NCBI GenBank assembly: GCA_963705255.1
Contig: OY970061.1
Span: 1,504,001 to 1,568,000, forward strand
Direction: 5' to 3'
Origin: an uncultured Methanoregulaceae archaeon
Lineage (GTDB): Archaea > Halobacteriota > Methanomicrobia > Methanomicrobiales > Methanospirillaceae
Length of the DNA: 64,000 nucleotides
Shown one piece after another: positions 12,127 through 22,768 of this stretch; within the stretch, counting starts at the first letter, position 1, and every line of letters starts with the position of its first letter. The position numbers and the translations under genes are program-made. A model generated the notes under the pieces. It saw nothing but the letters and a program-made list of their open reading frames with translations. It did not search any database and was not told the DNA's origin.

Positions 12127-13478
12127 TTATTGTTTCTTCAACTTTGCAGAGAGCCATTTCCGCTTCTTCCACAGTACGAGACCAACGACGAGGATGATAC
12201 CCCCGGGAATTACGGGGTAAAACGAACTGATACCGTTACCTTTGCTGCTGAATAAGCTGGTGGTGCTGCCACCGGGCCGCCCATGTCCCCGCCCGGGCCG
12301 CTCATGCCGGAGGGGCCGCCGGATATACCGGAACTACCTGAGGTCGTGGAACTGGTACCTGTCGCACCGGAACCTGATACTGAATTGAGATTAAGGTTCT
12401 TTATGATGTGGTAGTCATTGCCATCCGAATCTTTCCAGTGGATAACCAGGGGAACTGACGTGAGATCCGTGCTGGTAAACGTCAGCTCAAAACTTCCGGA
12501 ATCATCGGATGCTATACTTCCGATAGCGTATTCGGGGTACGTCCCCGTACCCGTTGCAGGGGACCCCAGCGAGACCACGAGTCCCTTCGCATCGGTGATC
12601 CCGGCGTTGGTAATATCGCCGGTAAGATCGTAATAGGTGCCTTTGGAGACGAGTGCAACGTTATTGACCACGGGTGACGCTGCGGTTTTATCCAGATCGA
12701 GCGTGATGGGAAGAACCACGTCCGATGCCAGAGTCGTATCCCCGTTCTGGTAACTGACGTTGAACGTAACGTTTGTTGCCATACTGGGCGTTATCTCAAA
12801 CGGAATTGTGACAGACCCCTGTGCTGCCAGTAAGCTTACATATTTTTGTGCCGGGCTCGTCGTGAACCCGGAACCCTCTGGGGTGATCAGGATATTTTTT
12901 ATTGCACCGTCCCGCAGATTTATGACGGTCACATTGACGCACCCTGCATTGGACTCGGAAAAATAATCGGGTTTATCCTCAATGATAGTCTTGATCTCCC
13001 GTGAATCCACCTTGACCTTAACAGGATAATGAATAGATCCGCCATCTTTTGTGGAGACCGTAAAGAGACCGTAATACGTTCCGTCAGAGGCATCAACAGT
13101 TACGGGGAACGTGTAGGTCATGGTGGATCCGGCCCCGATATAATTCATTGTTTTCCAGGTATCCTCACCTGTATAGTGAATTTTTTCACTGAGCAGGTCT
13201 TCACCGGAAAGGCCAACTGCAGTATCGCCCGAGTTTGTCAGCGTCACCGTGATCGAACCTTTTTCATACGGGAAAAAAACCTCGGGATCCGTGGTGATAT
13301 TCGTTACCGTGACAACGGATACGCCACTTGTTGAGGTTACCGAACTGGTACTGCTGGCAGAACTGCTGGAACTGGTACTGCTGGTAGTTGAACTGGTACT
13401 GTCGTCTGCTGCCACAAGAGCAGTTGCCAGCATCAGTACCAGCATGATACAACTAAAAATTCCCACTATTTTCTTCAT
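12127..13478 (-). CDS. COG1361-like S-layer-family surface protein with C-terminal TM; apparent frameshifts near 12270 and 12205
   Basis: Signal peptide, Ser/Thr linker, beta-rich domains (GDITNAGITDAKGL, YAIGSIASDDSGSFELTF); tail GIILVVGLVLWKKRK..KKQ* in another frame; typical partner of LolD/FtsX ABC genes. Confidence 0.72.
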
Positions 13479-14083
13479 GATTCTTCCATTTCTTCTTCCT
13501 GACAACCCGCTCTTATCAGAAAAAGCAGATATCCGGCCGGGTTTTTCTACCGAAACGTTACCGGGCAGAACTGCCTTCCTTCAGCTGGACATCGTCTCCG
13601 GGCAGGGCAATGTTACGCAGAAAAATGCCAGTCAGGCCTATTATATTCGCAGTATCGCGACAGTCTAATTATTGTCCAAAATCCCGGATGATTGAACTTT
13701 GAAGTTAACACTATCCTGCCCGGTGTACCAGGTTTTCCGGCTTTGATCTGATCCGGCATCATCCGGTAAGCCTGGATCTCCGATGCGGAAGGACACGATA
13801 ACTGACGGAAGGTTTTTGAAGCGGCCCGGGTTTCCGGTCATCATGAACCATAACATCCGCTTTTTCTCCACCGGTATCTTCCCGTACGAAAACGACAGGA
13901 ATGGTGCCTACCAGATTTTTAGCAAAATACCAAACATCCGTGCATTAACCAGATTAACGCCGGCATTCAGCAATATTTCCCCGCACCGTTATGTTCACCG
14001 GTCAGACCGGCCACCCGCTACAGGGAGAGATTTCAGGCATGGGATTTCCTTATGCTTATATCCAACAACATCCGAGTTTTTGT

Positions 14084-14314
14084 ATGCACGATACGGAAAC
14101 CAGAGACATGCTCGCCGACCTCGTCTGGCTCAATGCGGTTATAGCGACCGAACTCATCCAGATTACCGAGAACAGCTCGGCAATCCTCCGCAAATCCGCT
14201 CCTCCGGCAAGTTGTCTTGCAGAACACCATGCACTTCGCGAGACCGCGCTTGCTATTGCGGAAAAATACCGGCCCGGTACCATGCTTGCCCAACATCTCG
14301 ATAAACACCAGTAA
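14084..14314 (+). CDS. Small hypothetical protein
   Basis: Protein-like helical ORF MHDTETRDMLADLVWLNAVIATELIQITEN...; start uncertain (longest ORF begins 13991). Confidence 0.6.
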   Translation: MHDTETRDMLADLVWLNAVIATELIQITENSSAILRKSAPPASCLAEHHALRETALAIAEKYRPGTMLAQHLDKHQ

Positions 14315-14456
14315 TGTTATTGGGACACTCCGCAAAACGTACTATACCTGCGATGCCGGATCACAGGTTAAGGCGTCAGACGGCATCGGCAACGCTCCTG
14401 ACTTGCCATGAGACTGGAAACATTTCATGACGTTCATCAGGACAGGCTCCCGGATC

Positions 14457-15164
14457 ATGATAACAACACCCCGACCCCGGTACAGCCTTGTTATCCCAGC
14501 CTATAATGAGGAGAACAGGATTACCCTTCTTTTTGATGCGATACCATATTTTGAAGGTGAACTCATCGTTGTCTGCGATGGTACTGATGAGACGGCAGAT
14601 ATCATCGATCGGATTGCCGCTGAACGGAAAGACCTTACAATCCGGTGTCTCCGCTTCGATCACCGCCTGGGTAAAGGCGGGGGCGTAATGGCTGGGCTGA
14701 AAGCCGCACATTCATCCTGTGCAGGCTATTTCGATGCAGACGGCTCGACAACCATCGGGGAGATGATGCGACTGCTTTCCTGCTTAAAAGAAAGCGATTG
14801 TGTCATCGGTTCCCGCTGGGTTCCGGGATCGACCCTCACCGTGAGCCAGAGCTTCATGCGAAGGATCGAGAGCCGTATATTCAACCTGATCATCAGGATC
14901 CTTTTCGGCCTTGACTTTCACGATACGCAATGCGGGGCAAAGGTCTTCAAAAAACCGGTTATCGATGAAATTCTCCCGCTGATGTATTCGACGGGTTTTG
15001 AGTTCGATGTCGAACTCCTCTGGAGGCTGAAAAAGAACGGGGCCCGTATCACGGAAATTCCTATCGAGTGGCAGAATAAAGGAGACTCAAGGGTCCAGAA
15101 ACTTGATATGATCAGGATGCTGTTTGGATTGCTCATGCTCAGATTTCACCGGGTATCTGCATGA
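14457..15164 (+). CDS. GT2 glycosyltransferase (dolichyl-phosphate glucosyl/mannosyltransferase-like)
   Basis: SLVIPAYNEE, GKGGGV, FDADGS, VIGSRW, HDTQCGAKVF, FEFDVELL; start could be 14427. Confidence 0.88.
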   Translation: MITTPRPRYSLVIPAYNEENRITLLFDAIPYFEGELIVVCDGTDETADIIDRIAAERKDLTIRCLRFDHRLGKGGGVMAGLKAAHSSCAGYFDADGSTTIGEMMRLLSCLKESDCVIGSRWVPGSTLTVSQSFMRRIESRIFNLIIRILFGLDFHDTQCGAKVFKKPVIDEILPLMYSTGFEFDVELLWRLKKNGARITEIPIEWQNKGDSRVQKLDMIRMLFGLLMLRFHRVSA

Positions 15165-16970
15165 TCCCCTCTTCACGGGAAGAGCAGAAAAAAGAGGCAT
15201 TCCGCCTGTTTGAAGACGGAAGATACCAGGAATCCCTCAGAGCCTGCACTCATATCCTGGAGACCGGCAGGGATCCCGATATCGAAGTGCTTGCCGCAAC
15301 CAACTCCTATTACACCGGGAAGTATGAAGATGCTGAGGTCTCTTTCCGGGACCTTGCCCGGAAGATGCCGGACTCTTCCTACGTTCACAGCTACCTGGCA
15401 AAAGTGCTGGAAGCGAGAGGAGATGAGGGGGCAATTGGCGAGTATGCAACTGCCGTCCGGCTGGACCCGACCAACCAGGATGCCCTGCGAAGTTATGCCG
15501 GGTATCTCCTTACGCATGGGGATTACCGGGGGGCCCTGCCCGTCCTCAGAAGACTGGTCAGGCAGGTAAAACGACCTGAAGACATAAAGAACCTGATGAG
15601 AGCACTCATCGAGATTGATGAGGCTGAAGAAGCTCTGGCAGCTCACGCCATGGGAGGCACGGATATGCCAAAGAGTCACGAGTATGTCGATGCGCTGGCA
15701 AAAACAGGGAACTGCCGTGCTGCCGCTGAGTCTGCATCTGCGATCTATCGTGAGACAAAGGATATTTCCATCCTCCGCAAGTACCTGGCTGCTCTCTCCG
15801 GGTATGATGTGCCGGCATCCCTTGATGCCTATTCCTCGGTTATTGCTGACAACCCTGACAGCGATATCCTCTGCGATTACATCATCCTCCTGAAATCGAA
15901 CGGGGAATATGCCAAAGCCCTGGAAGCCACGCAATCCCTTCTTTCCTGTACACGAAAACCGGAGTACCGTCTGGTCGAATGTGACCTTCTTGCAGCGCAG
16001 GGAAGGGATGAGGACGCTCTTCTGGCCTGTGAAAGGCTTATCCGGGAGGAGCAGGGCACGAGGGATGATCCTGATACCCTCGGCCTTGTTATCAGCAAAT
16101 ATCGGCAGTACCCTGAAAAAAAGTCTTCCGGCAGACGAAGCCGCACGACGGTTCCTCGACCTTGTTGCCCGTGATATCAACGTAGTAAGCCTGCTCGGGA
16201 CAGCATGGTTCTACCAGGAAGAGGGAAATACCAGCGAGGCCCGGGCCTGGTACTATCGGGCGTACAGGACCGATTTTTTAAGCGGCGGACTTGATTACGC
16301 GAAATTTCTGTCAGATAACGGGGAATTGCGCGAGTGCGAAAAAGTGATGCTGTACATCTTGTCCAATGTAAAAAAGGGGACAGACCTTACGCGGGTGGCC
16401 GCAGTCGTTGTTGATAAAAAAGGGCCGATGTCCTGCATGAAACGCCTGATGGAACAGCTGATCAGAAGACTCTGGGAACGGAGGGCCACGCTGAACTCGG
16501 AAGGAATGGAGCTGCTTGCCGTTGTTTTTTTTATCGGTGCAACCAATGCACTTGAAGAGACGGACTATGTACACTGTAAGTATTACTGTCTCTGCGGGAT
16601 GGATGTCATGCCCGCATATGCCCGTGACATCCGTCTCGAAAATTACCTCCAGCTGATCAGGGCCTGCAAGGAACAATCTGTTGCCGATCACCCGATCATG
16701 CACACTCCACAGGAAGATACACGGGAGCTCGCAGAACCACAGGCAGTCTTCGACCAGCTCGGGCTCTCTGACCAGGAGCAGAAGATTATCGGATTTCTCC
16801 GGTCGCACCGTAAGGCGAGCGAGATGGACCTGCGTAAAGTCCTGGGTACCCGGCAGGTCGCCGGGATCGTGAATAAACTGGTTCAAAAAGCTGCATCCCG
16901 GGGATTGTCTCTTGTCGAGAAGAAAGGAGTTGGTGAGGATGGAGAGGTCTATGAATATACCGGAATCTGA
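15161..16970 (+). CDS. TPR-repeat protein with C-terminal winged-helix-like domain; apparent frameshift near 16112
   Basis: ORFs 15161..16174 and 15909..16970 join; helical repeats; C-terminal LSDQEQKIIGFLRSHRKASEMDLRKVLG...EVYEY; ATGA overlap with GT gene. Confidence 0.72.
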
Positions 16971-18252
16971 ACGGATGGGCCGGAATCAGCTTGAGAGCAT
17001 CAACATCATCAATGCACTCAGGAGGGGCACGGTACCTGCCGGCGGACTGGAGCGTATCGCGGTAGGGCTCGAAGTCGAAGAGAGCGTGATTGACCAGCAG
17101 CTGGCCTTTGTCGCTGAGGGTGGCGGCGATACAAAATTTATCCGGGGTGAGTATGGCAGCGGCAAGACATTCCTTGTTGCCCAGGCCCTTGAGATTGCAC
17201 GGGACAAAGGTTTTGTTACTACCCATGTCGTCGTCTCGGCTTCAGCACCACTCCACAAGCTCAGGGGCGTTTATCAGCAGATCTGCGCAAACCTGAGGAC
17301 GAATGAAGAAGAGCACGCGATCAAGACCATTGTCGACAACTGGCTTTATGCCATTGAGGAACGGTTGTTGTCCGTCAGCGGAAGCAGCTGCGAGGATGCA
17401 GCTCTTGAGTCCGCTACCGAACGGGAGATTGAAGCAGCGTTCTCAGGTATTTCCGAGACGAATTCGGCCCTGGCAGCAGTCCTGCGTGCATATTATACCG
17501 CAAACAATACGGGTAATTTCCCGCTCGCCCAGTCTGCACTTGGATGGGTCTCAGCCGAACCGAACATCGGCAGGGACCTCAAGCAGAAAGCAGGGATACG
17601 CGGGGATATCGATGATACCCTCGCGTTCATTTTTCTCCGGGGTCTCGTGGAGATCATTCATGGGGCGGGCTACAGCGGGCTCGCGATCGCTATTGACGAA
17701 CTGGAGACAACCCAGGGCCTGCAGAGGAACCAGCGGGAGAAAGGGTATCAGACGCTGGTCCGGATCATCGATGCCCTTGACCGCGGGGATATGCCCCGCT
17801 GTTATTTCCTGTTTACCGGGACTCCGGCACTGTATGACGGTTCGCGGGGTATCAGGTCTATCCCCCCGCTTTACGATCGGATCGGCGTGGTGCAGAGCGA
17901 TGCGTTCAGGAATCCTCGCCAGCCCCAGATTGTTCTTTCGAAATTTAATACCGCCAAACTTGAACTGGTAGCACTCAAGGTAATTGATGTCTACGCCCAG
18001 GCGTATAGCGAACCCGACCGCGAACGGGTCTCTCACCGGTTTATCCGGGCAATGATCAGGAAGATCACCACGCGTTTCGGGGGAAGAGTCGATGTAATTC
18101 CCCGCATTTTCTTAAAAGAGTTTGTCGATATCCTCGACAAATGCGAACTGTACCCTGATTACAACCCTGCGGACGCTTATGACTTCGATGCCGGACATCT
18201 CAAAGGAGAACTGAAAAAGGAAGAGGAGGTCGTGATGGTCGTTCAGTTCTAA
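16951..18252 (+). CDS. brxD: BrxD-like (DUF2791) P-loop ATPase
   Basis: INALRRGTVP..GL..IAVG N-terminal signature, RGEYGSGKTF Walker A, AIDELE Walker B, GTP..YDG..G...PPLYDR, PRIFLKEFVDILD. Confidence 0.82.
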   Translation: MNIPESERMGRNQLESINIINALRRGTVPAGGLERIAVGLEVEESVIDQQLAFVAEGGGDTKFIRGEYGSGKTFLVAQALEIARDKGFVTTHVVVSASAPLHKLRGVYQQICANLRTNEEEHAIKTIVDNWLYAIEERLLSVSGSSCEDAALESATEREIEAAFSGISETNSALAAVLRAYYTANNTGNFPLAQSALGWVSAEPNIGRDLKQKAGIRGDIDDTLAFIFLRGLVEIIHGAGYSGLAIAIDELETTQGLQRNQREKGYQTLVRIIDALDRGDMPRCYFLFTGTPALYDGSRGIRSIPPLYDRIGVVQSDAFRNPRQPQIVLSKFNTAKLELVALKVIDVYAQAYSEPDRERVSHRFIRAMIRKITTRFGGRVDVIPRIFLKEFVDILDKCELYPDYNPADAYDFDAGHLKGELKKEEEVVMVVQF

Positions 18253-18451
18253 CCATGGCATGACTATGCTGTGCGTATCGAAAATTCACCGTACTGGTTT
18301 GAGATGGCAGGCATTCCGTTCATCGCAGTCATGAGCCCGATCGAAAAACTGATCCGGGTCCATTGAATTTTAATTGAAAAAATTAACTCCGGAGGAACAG
18401 ACCTGAACGAATAGAGTTCCCCCCGGAACCTCGAAAATCGTTCAGTTATGA

Positions 18452-18643
18452 GGGCTCCCCGCCTCAGGGCCTCTCCGGGGACAGCCCGCAGGACTGTGGA
18501 GAAGTGAACTTCGACTTCTGAGTAGTTCGTCAGAACCACGAAGTGTGAGAAGGTCGAAAGAACTTCGATCATGGCAGGGCAAGGAGGTTGAACCGCCGCG
18601 GGGCGCCCCGTCGGGGGCAGGACTGGCGTAAGGGGTGCGGCGG
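18452..18643. other. GC-rich multi-hairpin intergenic element (REP/MITE-like or ncRNA)
   Basis: Stems GGGCT 18452/AGCCC 18483, ACTTCG 18508/CGAAGT 18539 enclosing TTCTGA/TCAGAA, CCGCCGC 18593/GCGGCGG 18637. Confidence 0.45.
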
Positions 18644-18678
18644 ATCAATTTTCCATGAATAGATAATTTTTAAAAAAA

Positions 18679-19923
18679 TCACAATCCCCTTCTCACCCTC
18701 ACCGATTGCGCATGTGCATACAGCCCCTCGGCCTCCGCAATAGTCTCGACAATATCCGCGATAGATTCCAGACCGTCCCGGTCGAGAATCTCGACAGTTG
18801 CGGACTTGCAGAAATGCTGCACATCAAGGCCCGAATACATCTTTGAATATCCTGCTGTTGGTAAAACGTGATTGGTTCCGACTGCATAATCGCCGCAGGC
18901 TACAGCAGAATACTTACCGACAAAAATGGCACCTGCATTCTTTACCCGGGTAACTACCGACAGGGGATCGGCTACCTGGATCGACAGATGCTCGGGAGCC
19001 ACCATATCCGATGCCGCGATTGCTTCCTCCAGATCGGCGACAACGGTATAACCGGAATTTTTCAGCGACTGCTCGATGATCTCTCTTCTCGGTGCAGCCC
19101 CGAGCATCTTGTGCACTTCCCGTCCCACCTTCTCCGGCAGACCGGGATCCGTAGTGATCAGGATGCAGGCAGCATTCGGGTCGTGTTCGGACTGGGCGAG
19201 GATATCGGCAGCAACAATCGAGGGGCTGGCTGTTTCATCGGCTATAATACCGATCTCGCTCGGGCCCGCAGGAAAATCGATCTCAACCTTCTCCCGCAGC
19301 ATCATCTTCGCGAGGGTGACATAGATGTTCCCGGGGCCGACAATTTTCTGGACCGGGCTGATGCTCTCAGTACCCAGGGCCATCGCAGCAATCGCCTGGG
19401 CCCCCCCAGCATTATAAATCTCGGTGACCCCGGCAATGTCGAGAGCGACAAGAGTCAGGGGTTTAATCGGGGGCGGGGAGCAGGCACAGATCTCATGTAC
19501 ACCCGCTACCCGGGCGGGGACGGCACACATGAGGGCAGAAGAGGGATACACTGCCCTGCCACCGGGAACGTAGATCCCCACGCGGTTGAGCGCCGTTGTC
19601 TTGACACCCAGTACAATGCCGGGGTCCATCTCCTCAAGCCAGAGATCACGCGGGCGCTGGCGTTCGTGGAAGCGTTCGATACGGGCCTCGGCCTCGATGA
19701 GACTCTCAACAACCTTTGTATCGACGAGGTCATATGCCGCCTCGCGCTCATCTTCGGAGACCGCAATATCGCCCAGTTCGCAGTATTTTTTCGCGAAGTC
19801 CCGGAGCGCGGCATCGCCCTCGTTCTGTACCCTCCCGATGATCCCGGTAACGGTACTTCGCGCATCCTCGAGGCTGGTCTTCCGTGCCCCAAGCCACGCA
19901 TCGATCTCGACTGCCTTCCACAT
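18679..19923 (-). CDS. hisD: Histidinol dehydrogenase
   Basis: GIYVPGG, GGAQAIAAMALG, GPGNIYV, AGPSE, QSEHD, APEHL, GDYAVGTNHVLPT. Confidence 0.96.
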   Translation of the reverse strand: MWKAVEIDAWLGARKTSLEDARSTVTGIIGRVQNEGDAALRDFAKKYCELGDIAVSEDEREAAYDLVDTKVVESLIEAEARIERFHERQRPRDLWLEEMDPGIVLGVKTTALNRVGIYVPGGRAVYPSSALMCAVPARVAGVHEICACSPPPIKPLTLVALDIAGVTEIYNAGGAQAIAAMALGTESISPVQKIVGPGNIYVTLAKMMLREKVEIDFPAGPSEIGIIADETASPSIVAADILAQSEHDPNAACILITTDPGLPEKVGREVHKMLGAAPRREIIEQSLKNSGYTVVADLEEAIAASDMVAPEHLSIQVADPLSVVTRVKNAGAIFVGKYSAVACGDYAVGTNHVLPTAGYSKMYSGLDVQHFCKSATVEILDRDGLESIADIVETIAEAEGLYAHAQSVRVRRGL

Positions 19924-20118
19924 AGTTCCAATATTTTCGGCAACATGACACGTTAAGGTTTCGTAGCGTGATCCGATCACGGCATTCATATGAAGATGAA
20001 TGGTCCTCTATCTGCACAAAGACCGGTTTTCCATCATTGTTTTTATCCGTATAAGAGAAAACGGGATGCACCATAAAAGCATATTGCCACATACTGCGCA
20101 TATTGAACCAGTGGTGAT

Positions 20119-21182
20119 ATGGGAAGCCCTTACCTCAGCAGCGATGAGACCATCCTCCTTTCAACGCACAATATTGTTATCAATACTATTCCCGCCGAAG
20201 CGATACTTACCGGCAAACGTCTTATCCTTGTAGACAGCAGTCATCCCCAGTTCCGGCCGCAGGATATCCCCTTTACTGCAATCGAGACGGTTATCATCGG
20301 GGAGAATTCCGGCAACAACCCGGTCCTTTCCCTTACGGTTGTCACAAAGGGTGATACACGGCAGACACTAGGGGTTGTCTTCGCCCAGCCACCCAAGACA
20401 AAACGAACCGGTGAGCGCGATTCATGGGCCGCAAAACTCAAGGAACTCAGCGTGATCTCGCAGGAAGGTCATGGCGCACAACCCATGGATCCGGCACCGC
20501 CCTGGATCCCGGGGTCCCTCTCTGCTGAAGAATCCGGTGAAAAGGGTTCCGGTCAGGATTTCCCGGACAAATACAGAAATCCCCCGCTCGTACCGAAACG
20601 ACCGAGACCTGAAGAACCCTCCAGGAACCGGACGATCATTGCCGCAAGCGCGATCGCTATCCTTGTCATCGCGATTGTCTGCGGGGTGTATTTCTTTGCC
20701 CCGGGACTTATTGCACAGACCGTGATCCCTGTACCACCGACGCCAACGCAGGTCGCCACTTCTACCCCGACACCGTTTCGGTTCGTACGGAACTTCCCCC
20801 CAAGGCAGTAACCCTGCAGCCGGCGCCTACCACCGGAATACCACCGGTTCCAACCCCCGTGCAAAGGGTCGTTCCCCAGACCGGGATCTGGGTACAGATC
20901 AATTACATCGGGAATTTCACCGGTTCCGTTGGGACTGCTGGAGCGATGAGGGTGGTGGCCGGTTCCGGGGACAAGTATTACCAGATTCCGACAGTTGACG
21001 GGGTTGTGGAGGCCACAATCCAGAAGCTGGACAGTTCAGGAAATGTCCTCACGGTAGAGGTCTATAACAATGGAAACCTCATAAAAAGCGGTACGACAAG
21101 AACTCCCGGAGGAGAGATCGACATACATGCTGACCTGAAAACAGCGCAGTCAGTGGCTGCCAGTCAGACAACCGGCACATAA
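20119..21182 (+). CDS. Membrane protein: N-terminal PH-like domain, linker, TM, C-terminal beta domain; apparent frameshift near 20775
   Basis: ORFs 20119..20811 and 20859..21182; clear paralog of 45931..47685 (PYL..ETI.L.T; TGIW....Y.G.F.G.VG). Confidence 0.65.
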
Positions 21183-21186
21183 ATTA

Positions 21187-21897
21187 TTATCCTGAACATA
21201 ATTCACATTTGCACGAGGAGAGCTCATCAGGTAAATCGTGCGGTTTGCCTTCCCATTCTTTTTTCCCGGAACTGAGAATACAGGCTCTGTCGCCGATGTC
21301 CCGGCTATCCGAAACCCGGTGCGTAACAACGACGCAGGGGATCTGCATCTCTGCAACAACCGATCGTGTAAGGTTTTTCACGATACAGGTGCTTTCAGTA
21401 TCCAGAGAAGTGAAGGGCTCATCGAGCATCAGCAGCAACGGCTCTATTGCCAGAGCGCGTGCCAGCGCCACCCGCTGTTTCTGCCCGCCGGAAAGGTTCC
21501 CGGCTTTTACCTGGGCATGGTCCTGCAGTTCCATAAGTCCGGTCAGGTGCTCCACGCGTTCTGCAATTTCCTGCCGGGAAAATTTCCGGACCCGGAGGCC
21601 AAAAGCAATATTCTCATGCACGGTCATGTGGGGAAACACGGCACTGTTCTGGAAGACATACCCTATACGACGATCTTCGATCGGCAGATCGATCTGTACT
21701 GCAGGTTTACAGAAGAGAGTTCCGTTGAGACGGATGCAGCCGGAATCCGGGTACAGGAGGCCTGCAATAATGTTGAGGGTCGTTGATTTTCCTGACCCGT
21801 TGGTTCCCATAAGCACAAAAATTTCGCCGGCATTGACCTTCAGGGAGAGATCCAGAGTAAAATCCCGTAGTTTTTTTGTGATGACTGCTTCAAGCAT
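21187..21897 (-). CDS. modC: Molybdate/tungstate ABC transporter ATP-binding subunit
   Basis: GTNGSGKST, LSGGQKQRVALARAL, LDEPF; downstream of modB. Confidence 0.88.
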   Translation of the reverse strand: MLEAVITKKLRDFTLDLSLKVNAGEIFVLMGTNGSGKSTTLNIIAGLLYPDSGCIRLNGTLFCKPAVQIDLPIEDRRIGYVFQNSAVFPHMTVHENIAFGLRVRKFSRQEIAERVEHLTGLMELQDHAQVKAGNLSGGQKQRVALARALAIEPLLLMLDEPFTSLDTESTCIVKNLTRSVVAEMQIPCVVVTHRVSDSRDIGDRACILSSGKKEWEGKPHDLPDELSSCKCELCSG

Positions 21898-22711
21898 GCT
21901 GCACCTTTTTTGAAGAGAGGAGCCTGACTGCAATCATGATACCAAAGGATATGATCACCAGCAGGATAGAGATGGTCAGGCCGGAAGAGAGATTGCTTTC
22001 CATACCCACATAGACCGCAAGCGGCATCGTCTGGGTAACACCCGGAAGATTGCCGGCAAACATGATGGTGGCACCAAATTCGCCCAGTGCCCGTCCGAAC
22101 GTCATGACAGCCCCGGATACCAGTCCGCCTGCAGTAAGCGGCAACGTGATGGCCAGGAAGGTCCGCAGGGGGGAAGCTCCAAGCGTTCGTGCAGTCTGTT
22201 CGTAAGCCAGGTCAAACTGCTCAAAGAGCGATTTGGCCTGCCTCAGGTAAAACGGCGATGCGACGAATATCTGGGCCATGATGACGGCCAGCGTGGTGAA
22301 CGCAATGGAGATGCCGACCATACTGAAATACCGTCCGACGAGGCCGACCCTCCCATAGAGGATCAGCAGGGCGACCCCGGCAACTGCGGGCGGGAGAACC
22401 AGCGGGAGGTCGATCAGGGTATCTACAAGTACCTTCCCGGGATACGAACACCGGGTATGGACATAGGCAAAGGGAGTGCCGACCAGGACCACGATCCCGA
22501 GAGAGGTGATCGAGGTGAAGAGGCTCAGCCACAGCGCGCTGGTCACCTGGGGATCCGAAAGCGACGAGAAGAAAAGATCCGGTGTGATGCGAAGGAATAA
22601 CGCTGCTATTGGTAAAGCAAGGTAGAGGGTGACGGAGAGGATCAGGACACCCGCGGCCATGTACGTGACGGTGCGCCGGTATTGTTCCGGAATACTACCT
22701 GCGGGTTTCAT
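21890..22711 (-). CDS. modB: Molybdate/tungstate ABC transporter permease
   Basis: IDLPLVLPPAVAG, ARTLGAS, RALGEFGATIMFAGN, TQTMPLA. Confidence 0.92.
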   Translation of the reverse strand: MKPAGSIPEQYRRTVTYMAAGVLILSVTLYLALPIAALFLRITPDLFFSSLSDPQVTSALWLSLFTSITSLGIVVLVGTPFAYVHTRCSYPGKVLVDTLIDLPLVLPPAVAGVALLILYGRVGLVGRYFSMVGISIAFTTLAVIMAQIFVASPFYLRQAKSLFEQFDLAYEQTARTLGASPLRTFLAITLPLTAGGLVSGAVMTFGRALGEFGATIMFAGNLPGVTQTMPLAVYVGMESNLSSGLTISILLVIISFGIMIAVRLLSSKKVQHA

Positions 22712-22768
22712 GACAGGGAATCGGTTATGTCCAATGTATTGGAAGTCCGGATAAAAAAATCAGGAGGT

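Noticed and set aside
18420-18660. Possible RNase P RNA, SRP RNA or tRNA
   Set aside because: Diagnostic conserved motifs and a cloverleaf were not found; kept only as an unclassified structured element
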